Virus record (IMG/VR): IMGVR_UViG_3300042013_000018
Coordinates: 20,050-84,049 of that record
Source of the DNA: a virus
Taxonomy: Duplodnaviria; Caudoviricetes
Direction: 5' to 3' (one strand)
Length of the DNA: 64,000 nt
The translations under genes and the position numbers were made by a program. The notes below the pieces were generated by a model. That model saw nothing but the letters and a program-made list of their open reading frames with translations. It was not told the origin of the DNA and did not search any database. This document shows positions 28,035 through 35,600 of this stretch, piece after piece; position 1 is the stretch's first letter, and every line of letters begins with the position of its first letter.

Positions 28035-29190
28035 TTGTGGCCTCCTCAATGTATTTAATAATCAAGTCTTTAGCTTCATTACTAAAGCATTCAGTGTAGC
28101 CTGTGAACTTCTTAGTTGGTTTATGATAATAACCAAGAGATTTTAGTTCTCGCATAATCTTTCTTTCAAGATTTGCTGAGTCTATATTAATCATCTCTTT
28201 TTCATATACAAAGCTGTAATCGTAAATATCTTTTTGACGTTTGTAAACCTTTTCTCGGCCCTTCTTATTACAAGTAATACCAAGCTTAAGGAAAGATTCT
28301 TCACCATCAGACATTTCAATAATATAAATAGAACCTAATCTTTGACCAAGTTCTACATCTTCAGTGTATCGGTCAACCATATTATATGTTGTTTTATCAT
28401 AAGTGCATTGGGCGCAACCTTTACCTTTTACGTGGCATAGTGGTCGTTGCTCAAAAATCCCATGAACATCACATACAATCTTAACCTTTGTTTCTGTATT
28501 TACGTATTCTGCAAATTCATAAGAGTATTTATCTTTATGAATTTGCTTTGCCCGTTCAATAAAATATTCTGTTGTGTATTCTGAATAGCGTTGAAGTAAA
28601 CTTCTTTCAACACCGCACTTAGGACAACCATTTCCATACATATGCGGTCCGGCTGATTGAATAAACTCACCATGCTCTGGACAGCCAATGATAACTTTCT
28701 GAGTGAAGCCTTTAGTTAAAATAGCTTTAGAATAGTCATATTTATTTCCATGAAACTCTATGCTCTTAGCTAGAAAGTCATCTTGTGATAGTCTCTGCTT
28801 TTGTACGCTGCATTCTGGACAGCCACGGGACACCAAGTGGTGTGCTACCGTCTGACTGAATACCCCATGATCCTTACAAATAATATCGATTTTACTTGTA
28901 GTCTTGGTTGTAGTCACTAAACAATAGTCAAACTTGTTTTTGTGTATTGCGGAGGCTTCAACAACAAAGTCTTCAATAGAACGCTTGAGTGGGATAGACT
29001 CATGAACACAATGGCGACAACCTGCACCTTTCAGGTGAGAGTCTGTTCGCTGAACAAATATACCATGATCTGTACATTCAATATCAATGTAATATCTAGG
29101 ACCTCGTGCTTCCCAAGCAACATACTTATATTTGCTATCGTGCACGCTATTTGCTTTTTCTATAAATCTCTCGAAATTAAATTCTGGCAA
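28027..29190 (-). CDS. Homing-endonuclease-like protein with four Zn-ribbon (DUF723-like) repeats and GIY-YIG-like C-terminus
   Basis: Repeats I.C..HG.F.Q....H..G.GC..C; C-terminal GSIYIIEM...FLKLGIT. Confidence 0.8.
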   Translation of the reverse strand: MPEFNFERFIEKANSVHDSKYKYVAWEARGPRYYIDIECTDHGIFVQRTDSHLKGAGCRHCVHESIPLKRSIEDFVVEASAIHKNKFDYCLVTTTKTTSKIDIICKDHGVFSQTVAHHLVSRGCPECSVQKQRLSQDDFLAKSIEFHGNKYDYSKAILTKGFTQKVIIGCPEHGEFIQSAGPHMYGNGCPKCGVERSLLQRYSEYTTEYFIERAKQIHKDKYSYEFAEYVNTETKVKIVCDVHGIFEQRPLCHVKGKGCAQCTYDKTTYNMVDRYTEDVELGQRLGSIYIIEMSDGEESFLKLGITCNKKGREKVYKRQKDIYDYSFVYEKEMINIDSANLERKIMRELKSLGYYHKPTKKFTGYTECFSNEAKDLIIKYIEEATSG

Positions 29191-29221
29191 AACTGAAACC
29201 TCTGATTAGGTATTTAATAGG

Positions 29222-29276
29222 TGAGAGCTATCTACTGAATCAGCAGTAGAAGGGCTTGCAATCCTGTTCGCTCTCA
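29222..29276 (-). ncRNA. Three-way-junction RNA element upstream of the endonuclease
   Basis: TGAGAGC/GCTCTCA closing stem, TCTACTG/CAGTAGA hairpin, short AGG/CCT hairpin with TTGCAAG loop. Confidence 0.55.
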
Positions 29277-29286
29277 TTGTATTTCG

Positions 29287-29634
29287 TTATTCTACTTGAC
29301 CACTTGCTTTCAAATACTGGCTTGTCATAACCGAGCGGTCTCTGCCCCCAATACCATGCTTCTTCTTCACTACAGCTTTAAACTCAGACCATTCCATATC
29401 ATCAAGCTGTTCTTTCGTGAAGTTCTCTTGCATCACTTGAAACTGAAACCCCGGTTTGTTTTCCATAAGCTTGTCAGTCTTCAGATACATCCAGCAGCTA
29501 TGAGGGAAACGCAATGCTGGCACTTTATCTTCTTCAAGAGTAGCGCCCATATTGGCTAGCTCAATAACATTCTTCATGAATGTGTAGCCAATACCGTCAT
29601 TACCTGTAACCAATACTTTATATTCATTTGCCAT
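29287..29634 (-). CDS. Hypothetical conserved phage protein
   Basis: 115-aa ORF with RBS and its own promoter. Confidence 0.7.
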   Translation of the reverse strand: MANEYKVLVTGNDGIGYTFMKNVIELANMGATLEEDKVPALRFPHSCWMYLKTDKLMENKPGFQFQVMQENFTKEQLDDMEWSEFKAVVKKKHGIGGRDRSVMTSQYLKASGQVE

Positions 29635-29667
29635 CTTAATTCTCCTCTTATTCGTTTCAAGAAAGAG

Positions 29668-29697
29668 ACTATATCAAACTTAAACTCGTTCTGTCAA
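29668..29697 (-). promoter_or_regulatory. sigma70-like promoter
   Basis: TTGACA-18-TATAGT on minus strand. Confidence 0.6.
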
Positions 29698-29730
29698 GCT
29701 TTCATGTAAAATAATTGAAATAAATTTACT

Positions 29731-29754
29731 AAAAAGAATCCATCCATAGATTCT
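29731..29754 (-). terminator. Intrinsic terminator after the repeat fibre-like gene
   Basis: AGAATC/GATTCT stem followed by a T-run on minus strand. Confidence 0.55.
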
Positions 29755-29768
29755 CTATATAAAGTTAC

Positions 29769-30980
29769 TTAGTTACGAGGTGTAACCTGCACAGTAACAC
29801 TAGCTCCAACCAATGCAACAGTTGCTCCTAGCAATACTTCAACAGACAGCAGCGTCACAAGGTTTCTCTGCGCAGCCTGTACTACACAGCCTGTATTGCT
29901 CACAGACACAACCCTTACCATCTGATTAAACGTACCACCAATGATTTGTGGCTGAACATCAGGAGGAATTGTATAAGTGTTAGCAAAAGTAATTGTAATA
30001 TTTCCTGAAGCATCTGATGTTCCAAGGAAAGTTTCTACTTTACGCAATCCACTTGTAGCTGCTGTAAGAGAAGCTGTGGTGGCATAATTACTCAAGCTAC
30101 TTGTAAGAGCATATCCAGACAAGGCCGAGTTTGTGATATATCCACTGCCATTTGTAAGCTGATTGGTGTTTGTAGGAATCACTGGGGCATTTGTAAGACT
30201 TGAGTAAGGAATGCTTGCCCCTGTGCTTATCTTACTATCTAACGCTGTCTGTAACCCTGTCACGTCACTAATAGCATGTGTGTGGCTGCTAGGAGTAAAC
30301 GTTGTAGGCTTACCTGTTAGACTTGAATATGTCCCATCAAACAATACAGGCTTGTTTGTAAGGTCAGCATAACTACCACTAAATAGTGTGGGCTTTCCTA
30401 CCAAGTCAGTGTAATTTCCACTGAACAAAATAGGCTTACCAGATAAGTCTGAGTACGCCCCTGAGAACAGAGTAGGCTTGTTTAATATCTGAGAAACACC
30501 ACTAGTTGATGTCCAATCAGCGTTAACCTGAGCCACTTGAGGAGGAACACTTGTCAGAAATCCACTATCGTTTGTCAATTCACTAGTTCTGGTAGGAACC
30601 GATACAGCGCTTGGTTTATTAGATAGATCGTTGTAATCTCCTGAGAATAGCTCAGGCACATCTTCAAGATCATTGTAGCTACCAGAGCTTGCCACTTGAG
30701 ATAGTGCAAGATGTTCTTTCTGCTGATCAACAGTTGAATAAGATAGCCACGCTACAGCAGCAGGCATACACGCTGTTGCCTTAAACTGCCCTTGAGAATC
30801 TTTCATCAAGAGGCTGTTGTTTGACATATCAACTGAAGAGATTTCTGTAAGTACTGTTGAGGCTGGTTGTGCATTAAGGCTTTGGGATGTTATTACAACA
30901 TCACCTTGCTCACCATTCACAGAATTGACAGCACCTGTCGAGCTTGAATCATCACTTGGAAACATCGGACGTACTGGCAT
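29769..30980 (-). CDS. Fibre-like virion/decoration protein with 14-aa tandem repeats
   Basis: AVNSVNGEQGDV, repeated KP.LFSG.Y.DL.G units, HTHAISDVTGLQTALD motif. Confidence 0.7.
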   Translation of the reverse strand: MPVRPMFPSDDSSSTGAVNSVNGEQGDVVITSQSLNAQPASTVLTEISSVDMSNNSLLMKDSQGQFKATACMPAAVAWLSYSTVDQQKEHLALSQVASSGSYNDLEDVPELFSGDYNDLSNKPSAVSVPTRTSELTNDSGFLTSVPPQVAQVNADWTSTSGVSQILNKPTLFSGAYSDLSGKPILFSGNYTDLVGKPTLFSGSYADLTNKPVLFDGTYSSLTGKPTTFTPSSHTHAISDVTGLQTALDSKISTGASIPYSSLTNAPVIPTNTNQLTNGSGYITNSALSGYALTSSLSNYATTASLTAATSGLRKVETFLGTSDASGNITITFANTYTIPPDVQPQIIGGTFNQMVRVVSVSNTGCVVQAAQRNLVTLLSVEVLLGATVALVGASVTVQVTPRN

Positions 30981-30981
30981 A

Positions 30982-31245
30982 TTAGGCCACCTGTACGCAG
31001 AGACGACCAGAACCCTTAGCCCAGATAATGGACTCTCCTTGATCGATCATATACATTTCGACAGTGATAAGCTGTAGACCGTCTAGGGAAGAACTTGCAG
31101 GCTGGAAAGGTTTTAACTGGACACGGACATTACCCGTTCCCTTAAACTGAAGAAGAACTTTAGTTCCTACAGGAATACCGGAGAGGAGGTTTACATTCTG
31201 ATAGCTAACATTATCTAGCACAACATCTGCGATTGTATCTGACAT
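30982..31245 (-). CDS. Small hypothetical (probably structural partner of the fibre-like protein)
   Basis: 87-aa beta-rich ORF ending 1 nt before the next start. Confidence 0.6.
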   Translation of the reverse strand: MSDTIADVVLDNVSYQNVNLLSGIPVGTKVLLQFKGTGNVRVQLKPFQPASSSLDGLQLITVEMYMIDQGESIIWAKGSGRLCVQVA

Positions 31246-31298
31246 CTTAACACCTTTTTATATTTATTTTTAGGTGTCTGGTTATCAAGAGGTTTTAT

Positions 31299-31590
31299 AG
31301 CCGCAACAACAGACTACTACGGCTTCTAAGAATACAGCCTCTGTCTGTCTTGGGGTGTAACGAATAAGTGTGACCATTTCAGGTCACGAACCCCACCAGA
31401 GGTTCTAGGGGTCTCAGGAACTAGCTGAGATACCAAGCCGAGGCTTGATTAGTATTCCCTTGTTCTCACCCTACACCAACGAACATATAGAAATTGATGG
31501 GGTTGCTCTATACAGCCAAGGGAAATTCTTTATAGGTCATTTAAGCCCTATTAAACCGTCTTTATAGTATTAGTGGGTCAACTATAGTCT
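31299..31590 (-). ncRNA. Large multi-hairpin structured RNA (family unidentified)
   Basis: At least 7 stems in an ORF-free gap; G-U pairs favour the minus strand. Confidence 0.65.
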
Positions 31591-31597
31591 TTAAGCT

Positions 31598-32002
31598 TTA
31601 TTCGTCTTCCGGGTCAATATACACCAATGAAAGACGTGGTTTAAGCTCAGCAGCAATCTCCTTAGGAGTTTGTTCAGCTTCTTCATCTTCACGCTTGCCT
31701 TTCAGACGAGCATTGAACGAACCAAGCTCTTCTGCGCTTGCACTCTTGATCACCGAGACAATAGAGTTCAGTACCCACTTGGCACTTGCAACACTGTCAG
31801 CATTAACTTCTGTGCCAGCCAAACTCTTGTCTACTAGCTGTAGTGCAAGGTCTTGACGCTCAAGAAGCTTGTCAGCGAGTTCACGAAGTTTACTCTTCTT
31901 GATTCGAGTAGAAGAGTTTCCTGAAGTATTCCGATTACTTTTTTCGCCGTCGAACTGTGTCGCACGAGACTTGTCAGTTTGTGTGGGCTTCTTATTTGCC
32001 AT
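31598..32002 (-). CDS. Putative terminase small subunit
   Basis: N-terminal RATQF.G..S.RN.SGN motif, helical body; upstream of terL in the same block. Confidence 0.5.
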   Translation of the reverse strand: MANKKPTQTDKSRATQFDGEKSNRNTSGNSSTRIKKSKLRELADKLLERQDLALQLVDKSLAGTEVNADSVASAKWVLNSIVSVIKSASAEELGSFNARLKGKREDEEAEQTPKEIAAELKPRLSLVYIDPEDE

Positions 32003-32035
32003 GGTATTTACCTAAATGATTTGTTGATAGAATTT

Positions 32036-33046
32036 TCAAATCTCAATACCACCATACTCTAAGAATATTTCTCTTACAGTATCCAGATTTAATACCGAGG
32101 TTGTTTCAGAAAACCCTGCCTTCATGAATTCTCTAGGGACAATCCCACAGACTAATGTACTTTTACAATAACTCTCAGCCGCTCGGCACTGATTTCGATC
32201 ATTGAAATGGAAAAGATGTGTATTTTCAATTCGAAATACTGAGCTATATCTCTGTTCCTTAAGCCTTCTGGTTATGTCAGAAGTTATTCCGAATTTTATC
32301 GCAATAGGTAGATCATTATCGTAAACAATGTTGATATAAGATTGGTTCTGGTTTCCAAAGTTTGTACAGCCACAGCAGTAGACACCCCTCTTCAGTGCAG
32401 ATGCTTGAGCTTCGCCATAAACATTACAGACGGGGCATTCTACTGACCAGTATATGGCGAACCCGCTAGGACGTTTACCCAACCTTTTAAAGATAGTGTC
32501 AGGGTGATATTTTCCACTAGCAAAGAAAATGTCGCATGTCACAGAATTCTTATGTACTTTACGATCTATGGACTTAGATTCATTACCACAGGAAGGGCAC
32601 CCTCTTCCTAATTTAACTAAATTAGATAACTTACCGGATGTCCATGTCCCGTGCTTATTGCAAACAAGCTTGCATAGTGTGGTAGCTCCAATATAAGCTT
32701 CAGCCCATCCATCAAAATAGAATCCAAGTTCAGAACTCTTTCTCGTAGCTAAAAGTTTCCACTGATCTTCAGTCCAACGAACTCTAGGAGAGCAACCACA
32801 AGGTATCTGACCTCTATTTAAGTCTGTGAGCGTTGCCCAGAAGAAACCTTGATCAAAAAGTTCAGGATCTTTGGCACACTCATGACACTTGAGATAGTGT
32901 ATATTGTAATTTTTACTAGGATGTTTACTATAACCTAGCAACTCTAACTGTGGGTAGTTTACAAAAATAAAGCCATACTGAACATCATCCATTCTCTTTA
33001 AGTGGACGTTCTTCATATCTGCAATCATAAAACCTTCTTTAGTCAA
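32036..33046 (-). CDS. Homing-endonuclease-like protein (Zn-ribbon repeats plus GIY-YIG-like domain); likely start ATG 33028
   Basis: CxxC repeats (CHEC, CNKHG, CPSC, CPVC); SYINIV...IKFGITSDITRRL. Confidence 0.75.
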   Translation of the reverse strand: MTKEGFMIADMKNVHLKRMDDVQYGFIFVNYPQLELLGYSKHPSKNYNIHYLKCHECAKDPELFDQGFFWATLTDLNRGQIPCGCSPRVRWTEDQWKLLATRKSSELGFYFDGWAEAYIGATTLCKLVCNKHGTWTSGKLSNLVKLGRGCPSCGNESKSIDRKVHKNSVTCDIFFASGKYHPDTIFKRLGKRPSGFAIYWSVECPVCNVYGEAQASALKRGVYCCGCTNFGNQNQSYINIVYDNDLPIAIKFGITSDITRRLKEQRYSSVFRIENTHLFHFNDRNQCRAAESYCKSTLVCGIVPREFMKAGFSETTSVLNLDTVREIFLEYGGIEI

Positions 33047-33112
33047 ACTACCTGATAAGCCGCAACAGGGACGTTCAACTAACCCTACTCAAAAAGTAGT
33101 TTGCTAAAGAAG
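33034..33112 (-). promoter_or_regulatory. Long hairpin overlapping the translation initiation region of the endonuclease
   Basis: TTCTTTAGCAAACTAC pairs with GTAGTTTG(A)CTAAAGAA; the 3' arm abuts AAGG-TTTT-ATG. Confidence 0.6.
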
Positions 33113-33134
33113 TCTTTCTGTTGGACGTTTCTAA

Positions 33135-33383
33135 AGGCTGTTGCGCAGCCTGTGTAAAGTATGTAAATACTTTCTAAAATTATCTCAATAGGACAATACC
33201 TACAATATGCTACGCAAGGAGATAATTTTAGAAAGCTCACTGATAGTCGGGAGAGGGCAACTACCAATGAGTAAAGACATTTCTTGAGGAGAGCAAGTTG
33301 TCTTTAAGGTCCGGCATGAGGAGGGAGACGCCGGGAGGAAACACAGCATTAATAGAATTTCTTCTTGGTAGCTGTGGTGAAAC
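33135..33383 (-). ncRNA. Multi-hairpin sRNA with CU-rich anti-SD-like loops
   Basis: Six stems; three consecutive loops CUCCCUCCUC, CUCUCCU, GCCCUCUCCC; 17-bp perfect stem 33170-33186/33219-33235. Confidence 0.7.
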
Positions 33384-33457
33384 TGGTGCCCCAGTAAGGA
33401 ATCAAACCTCACTCTGTTGATTACAAGTCAACTGCATCATCACAATGCTTCAAGGGC
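33384..33457 (-). tRNA. trnT: tRNA-Thr(UGU), encoded CCA
   Basis: GCCCTTG..GCAT/ATGC D-arm, GTTGA-CTTGTAA-TCAAC anticodon arm, T-arm with TTTGATT loop, GGGGC-A-CCA end. Confidence 0.85.
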
Positions 33458-33584
33458 GAATCAGTTAGTAGAATTAAAACCCTTTACCGTCACGGACTGC
33501 CCTTTTCACAGGGAGGAACACAACCATTATTATATAATGGGACACTTCAGTGTTTTTAATGTTCTTTGCTATTTCACGTTTACT

Positions 33585-33612
33585 ATTATACAGACTTATT
33601 TGAGAATGTCAA
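33585..33612 (-). promoter_or_regulatory. Consensus sigma70 promoter upstream of the tRNA/ncRNA block
   Basis: TTGACA-16-TATAAT. Confidence 0.8.
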
Positions 33613-33660
33613 CACATTTCTATTAAATTGTATACATTTATTAGCTGTCTCTATCAGGCA

Positions 33661-33852
33661 TCACTTTCTTAAAGACTGTTCCATAGTGACTGATACCCTC
33701 GTGTTGATATTCCCAGCGAAAGCATCCATCAACAAACTCTTCAGCACTTTCTTCAAAGAAGCATACACAATCTTTTTCTTCAGCCCCACAATCAGGGCAA
33801 TAGTTTTCGTTGCCCATTCTTGTGGACTCCAGTTAGTTAACTTCGATTTCAT
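33661..33852 (-). CDS. Small basic hypothetical protein
   Basis: 63-aa ORF in operon orientation; weak RBS. Confidence 0.35.
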   Translation of the reverse strand: MKSKLTNWSPQEWATKTIALIVGLKKKIVYASLKKVLKSLLMDAFAGNINTRVSVTMEQSLRK

Positions 33853-33901
33853 TAATGTAGCAAGAAAGCTTGCAATAAAGCAAGCCCCTTGACAACTAAT
33901 A

Positions 33902-34651
33902 CTAGATATAATTATAAAGTTTCTTATAATTCACGAAATAGTATGGATCATCTTTATACTTATCATAAACCCTTCTGGCTTTTTTACACCGCTTACCTGA
34001 GCGGATGTATGAAATGTATGACTGGTCTAGTCCTACAATTTTAGCTACTTGAGACAGACTTAAATCCCCATCACACAACCTGAAAAGGTCAATATAGTGA
34101 TTCCAGCAATGTAATGGGTAGTCTTGGTTATGAGTCTTACAGACTGCCAAAAACTCTTCCGGGATGTGGTTTTCTTTGTACCACTCCTTTTTAATGGATT
34201 GATCAATTGCTTTACGATCAATACCCGAAGTATCTCCAGTAAGGATAAATCTGACAGCCCGCTCCTTTATAAAAGCCTCTGTTAGTGTCCTCCCAATGGT
34301 TAGACCTGTGTCCCAAGAGTGTTTAATGTTTTCTGATTTTGTTGCCCATTCAAGGTTTTCAACTCTATTATCTCCTTTATCTCCATTTATATGATTTACT
34401 TCAGGTTTATTTTCAGGGTTGGGGATAAAGGCTTCGGCCACCAATCTGTGGTGATACTTGTGTTCTTGTTTTTGTCCTTTTAAAGAGACTGCACACATGT
34501 GATATGTAAACTCTTGCCTTGATTCCACGTAGAACCTTTTCTCTCCTACAGATACTTTACCACGGATATGTGAAAATACCTTACCCTCTGTATTTACAGA
34601 GTATCGCCCTTCATATCCATCAACCCACTTTTCATTTTCTTCCAACATCAT
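33902..34651 (-). CDS. NUMOD4-HNH homing endonuclease
   Basis: [19 protein letters not shown] (NUMOD4); [35 protein letters not shown] (HNH). Confidence 0.9.
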   Translation of the reverse strand: MMLEENEKWVDGYEGRYSVNTEGKVFSHIRGKVSVGEKRFYVESRQEFTYHMCAVSLKGQKQEHKYHHRLVAEAFIPNPENKPEVNHINGDKGDNRVENLEWATKSENIKHSWDTGLTIGRTLTEAFIKERAVRFILTGDTSGIDRKAIDQSIKKEWYKENHIPEEFLAVCKTHNQDYPLHCWNHYIDLFRLCDGDLSLSQVAKIVGLDQSYISYIRSGKRCKKARRVYDKYKDDPYYFVNYKKLYNYI

Positions 34652-34695
34652 ACCTCACCTCCATTCAAATCATCATTCCACAGCCACTCAGGAAC

Positions 34696-35112
34696 TTAAT
34701 CAACAGGAAGCAGTTCACCCACCTCTTGTTCTCCAGTCTTTTTAGCTTTAGTTAAGGGAGTTTTCCCCTTGCCTTTCCACAGTAACAAATTATTCACCCT
34801 ACGGTAGTGCCAGCGTCTTCCGTTGCTGCAAGCCTCTTTTTCTGCATATACAACCCCATTCTTAATAAACTCAAGAATGATTTCACCTGTACGCCTCAAA
34901 TCCATACCAACTGCTTCTGCGATTGTGGACTGAGCTTCAAAGTGCTCCCCACCTCTTTGTTGTACAAAGAATTGATTTCTTGCTTTCAAATATAAGTAAA
35001 CAAACTTTGCACCTTGTGACATTTTGACAGCTTCGCCTGTCTCTTGATTCACGTAGCCTTTTGCTGCCATCAGCACGTAGGGTAGTTTTATGTATTGCTC
35101 TTCTGCTTCCAT
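34696..35112 (-). CDS. Winged-helix DNA-binding protein (replication-initiator-like)
   Basis: KFVYLYLKAR...FEAQSTIAEAVGMDLRRTGEIILEFIKNGVV HTH-wing pattern. Confidence 0.7.
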   Translation of the reverse strand: MEAEEQYIKLPYVLMAAKGYVNQETGEAVKMSQGAKFVYLYLKARNQFFVQQRGGEHFEAQSTIAEAVGMDLRRTGEIILEFIKNGVVYAEKEACSNGRRWHYRRVNNLLLWKGKGKTPLTKAKKTGEQEVGELLPVD

Positions 35113-35171
35113 TGTTTTATACCTTGAGTTTTCATAGTTATATAGTTTCAGTTAGTTATATGCTTTTTACC

Positions 35172-35297
35172 CTATTTCTTCATTTCGTCCATCTCCTTTA
35201 CCTTGAACATATATTTAATGATGAATGCCTGACGGCTCATTTCACCACGGTGTGCATCGATCCAATCTCTAAGGTCACGAGGTATGTATAATTCCAC
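35172..35297 (-). CDS. 41-aa ribbon-helix-helix (CopG/Arc-like) protein, absent from the ORF track
   Basis: GTG start 5 nt after AGGAGA; MELYIPRDLRDWIDAHRGEMSRQAFIIKYMFKVKEMDEMKK. Confidence 0.7.
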   Translation of the reverse strand: MELYIPRDLRDWIDAHRGEMSRQAFIIKYMFKVKEMDEMKK

Positions 35298-35320
35298 AAT
35301 CTTCTCCTAGTCTTTAGGTA

Positions 35321-35600
35321 TACGCAGAAAGTGCGTGTTCTAGTCTATATCGTTTAGCTTCGCTTTGCACCAACAATCTATGGCACAACACAAAACTAAA
35401 GCCTTGCACAATACAAATCAATAATGATACAAATCAAAAGAAAAAGATTCGTGCTGTCCTGCTCTCTTTTGTGGTGCGTGCTATAAAAGCTTTTCTATCT
35501 TTCTTTTTCTATCTCATTCTCTCTATCTTACTCTTGCGTACTAAGTGCGTATAGGTAAGCGTACTTTTCTCGTATAGCTATGCGCATAAAGTGCGTGTAC
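35321..35600. repeat. Dispersed operator/iteron-like repeats (AAGTGCGT core)
   Basis: TACGCAGAAAGTGCGTGTTC (35321), TGCGCATAAAGTGCGTGTAC (35581), TGCGTACTAAGTGCGTATAG (35535), GTGCGTGCTA (35474). Confidence 0.6.

Noticed and set aside
26592-29190. Group I intron or intein in terminase
   Set aside because: terL is contiguous with all motifs at normal spacing; the endonuclease only overlaps its start by 8 nt.
29222-29276. tRNA remnant (T-arm-like GGGCTTGCAATCC)
   Set aside because: No anticodon arm or CCA, and only 55 nt; better described as a three-way junction.
33170-33340. Reading the hairpins on the plus strand as an RsmY/RsmZ-like GGA-loop sponge
   Set aside because: The G-U pairs become A-C mismatches on the plus strand, and the tRNA and promoter are on the minus strand. 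Not fully excluded without strand-specific RNA-seq.
35061-35291. 76-aa hydrophobic plus-strand ORF
   Set aside because: Overlaps the better-supported minus-strand RHH micro-ORF, which has a strong SD and family-like sequence.
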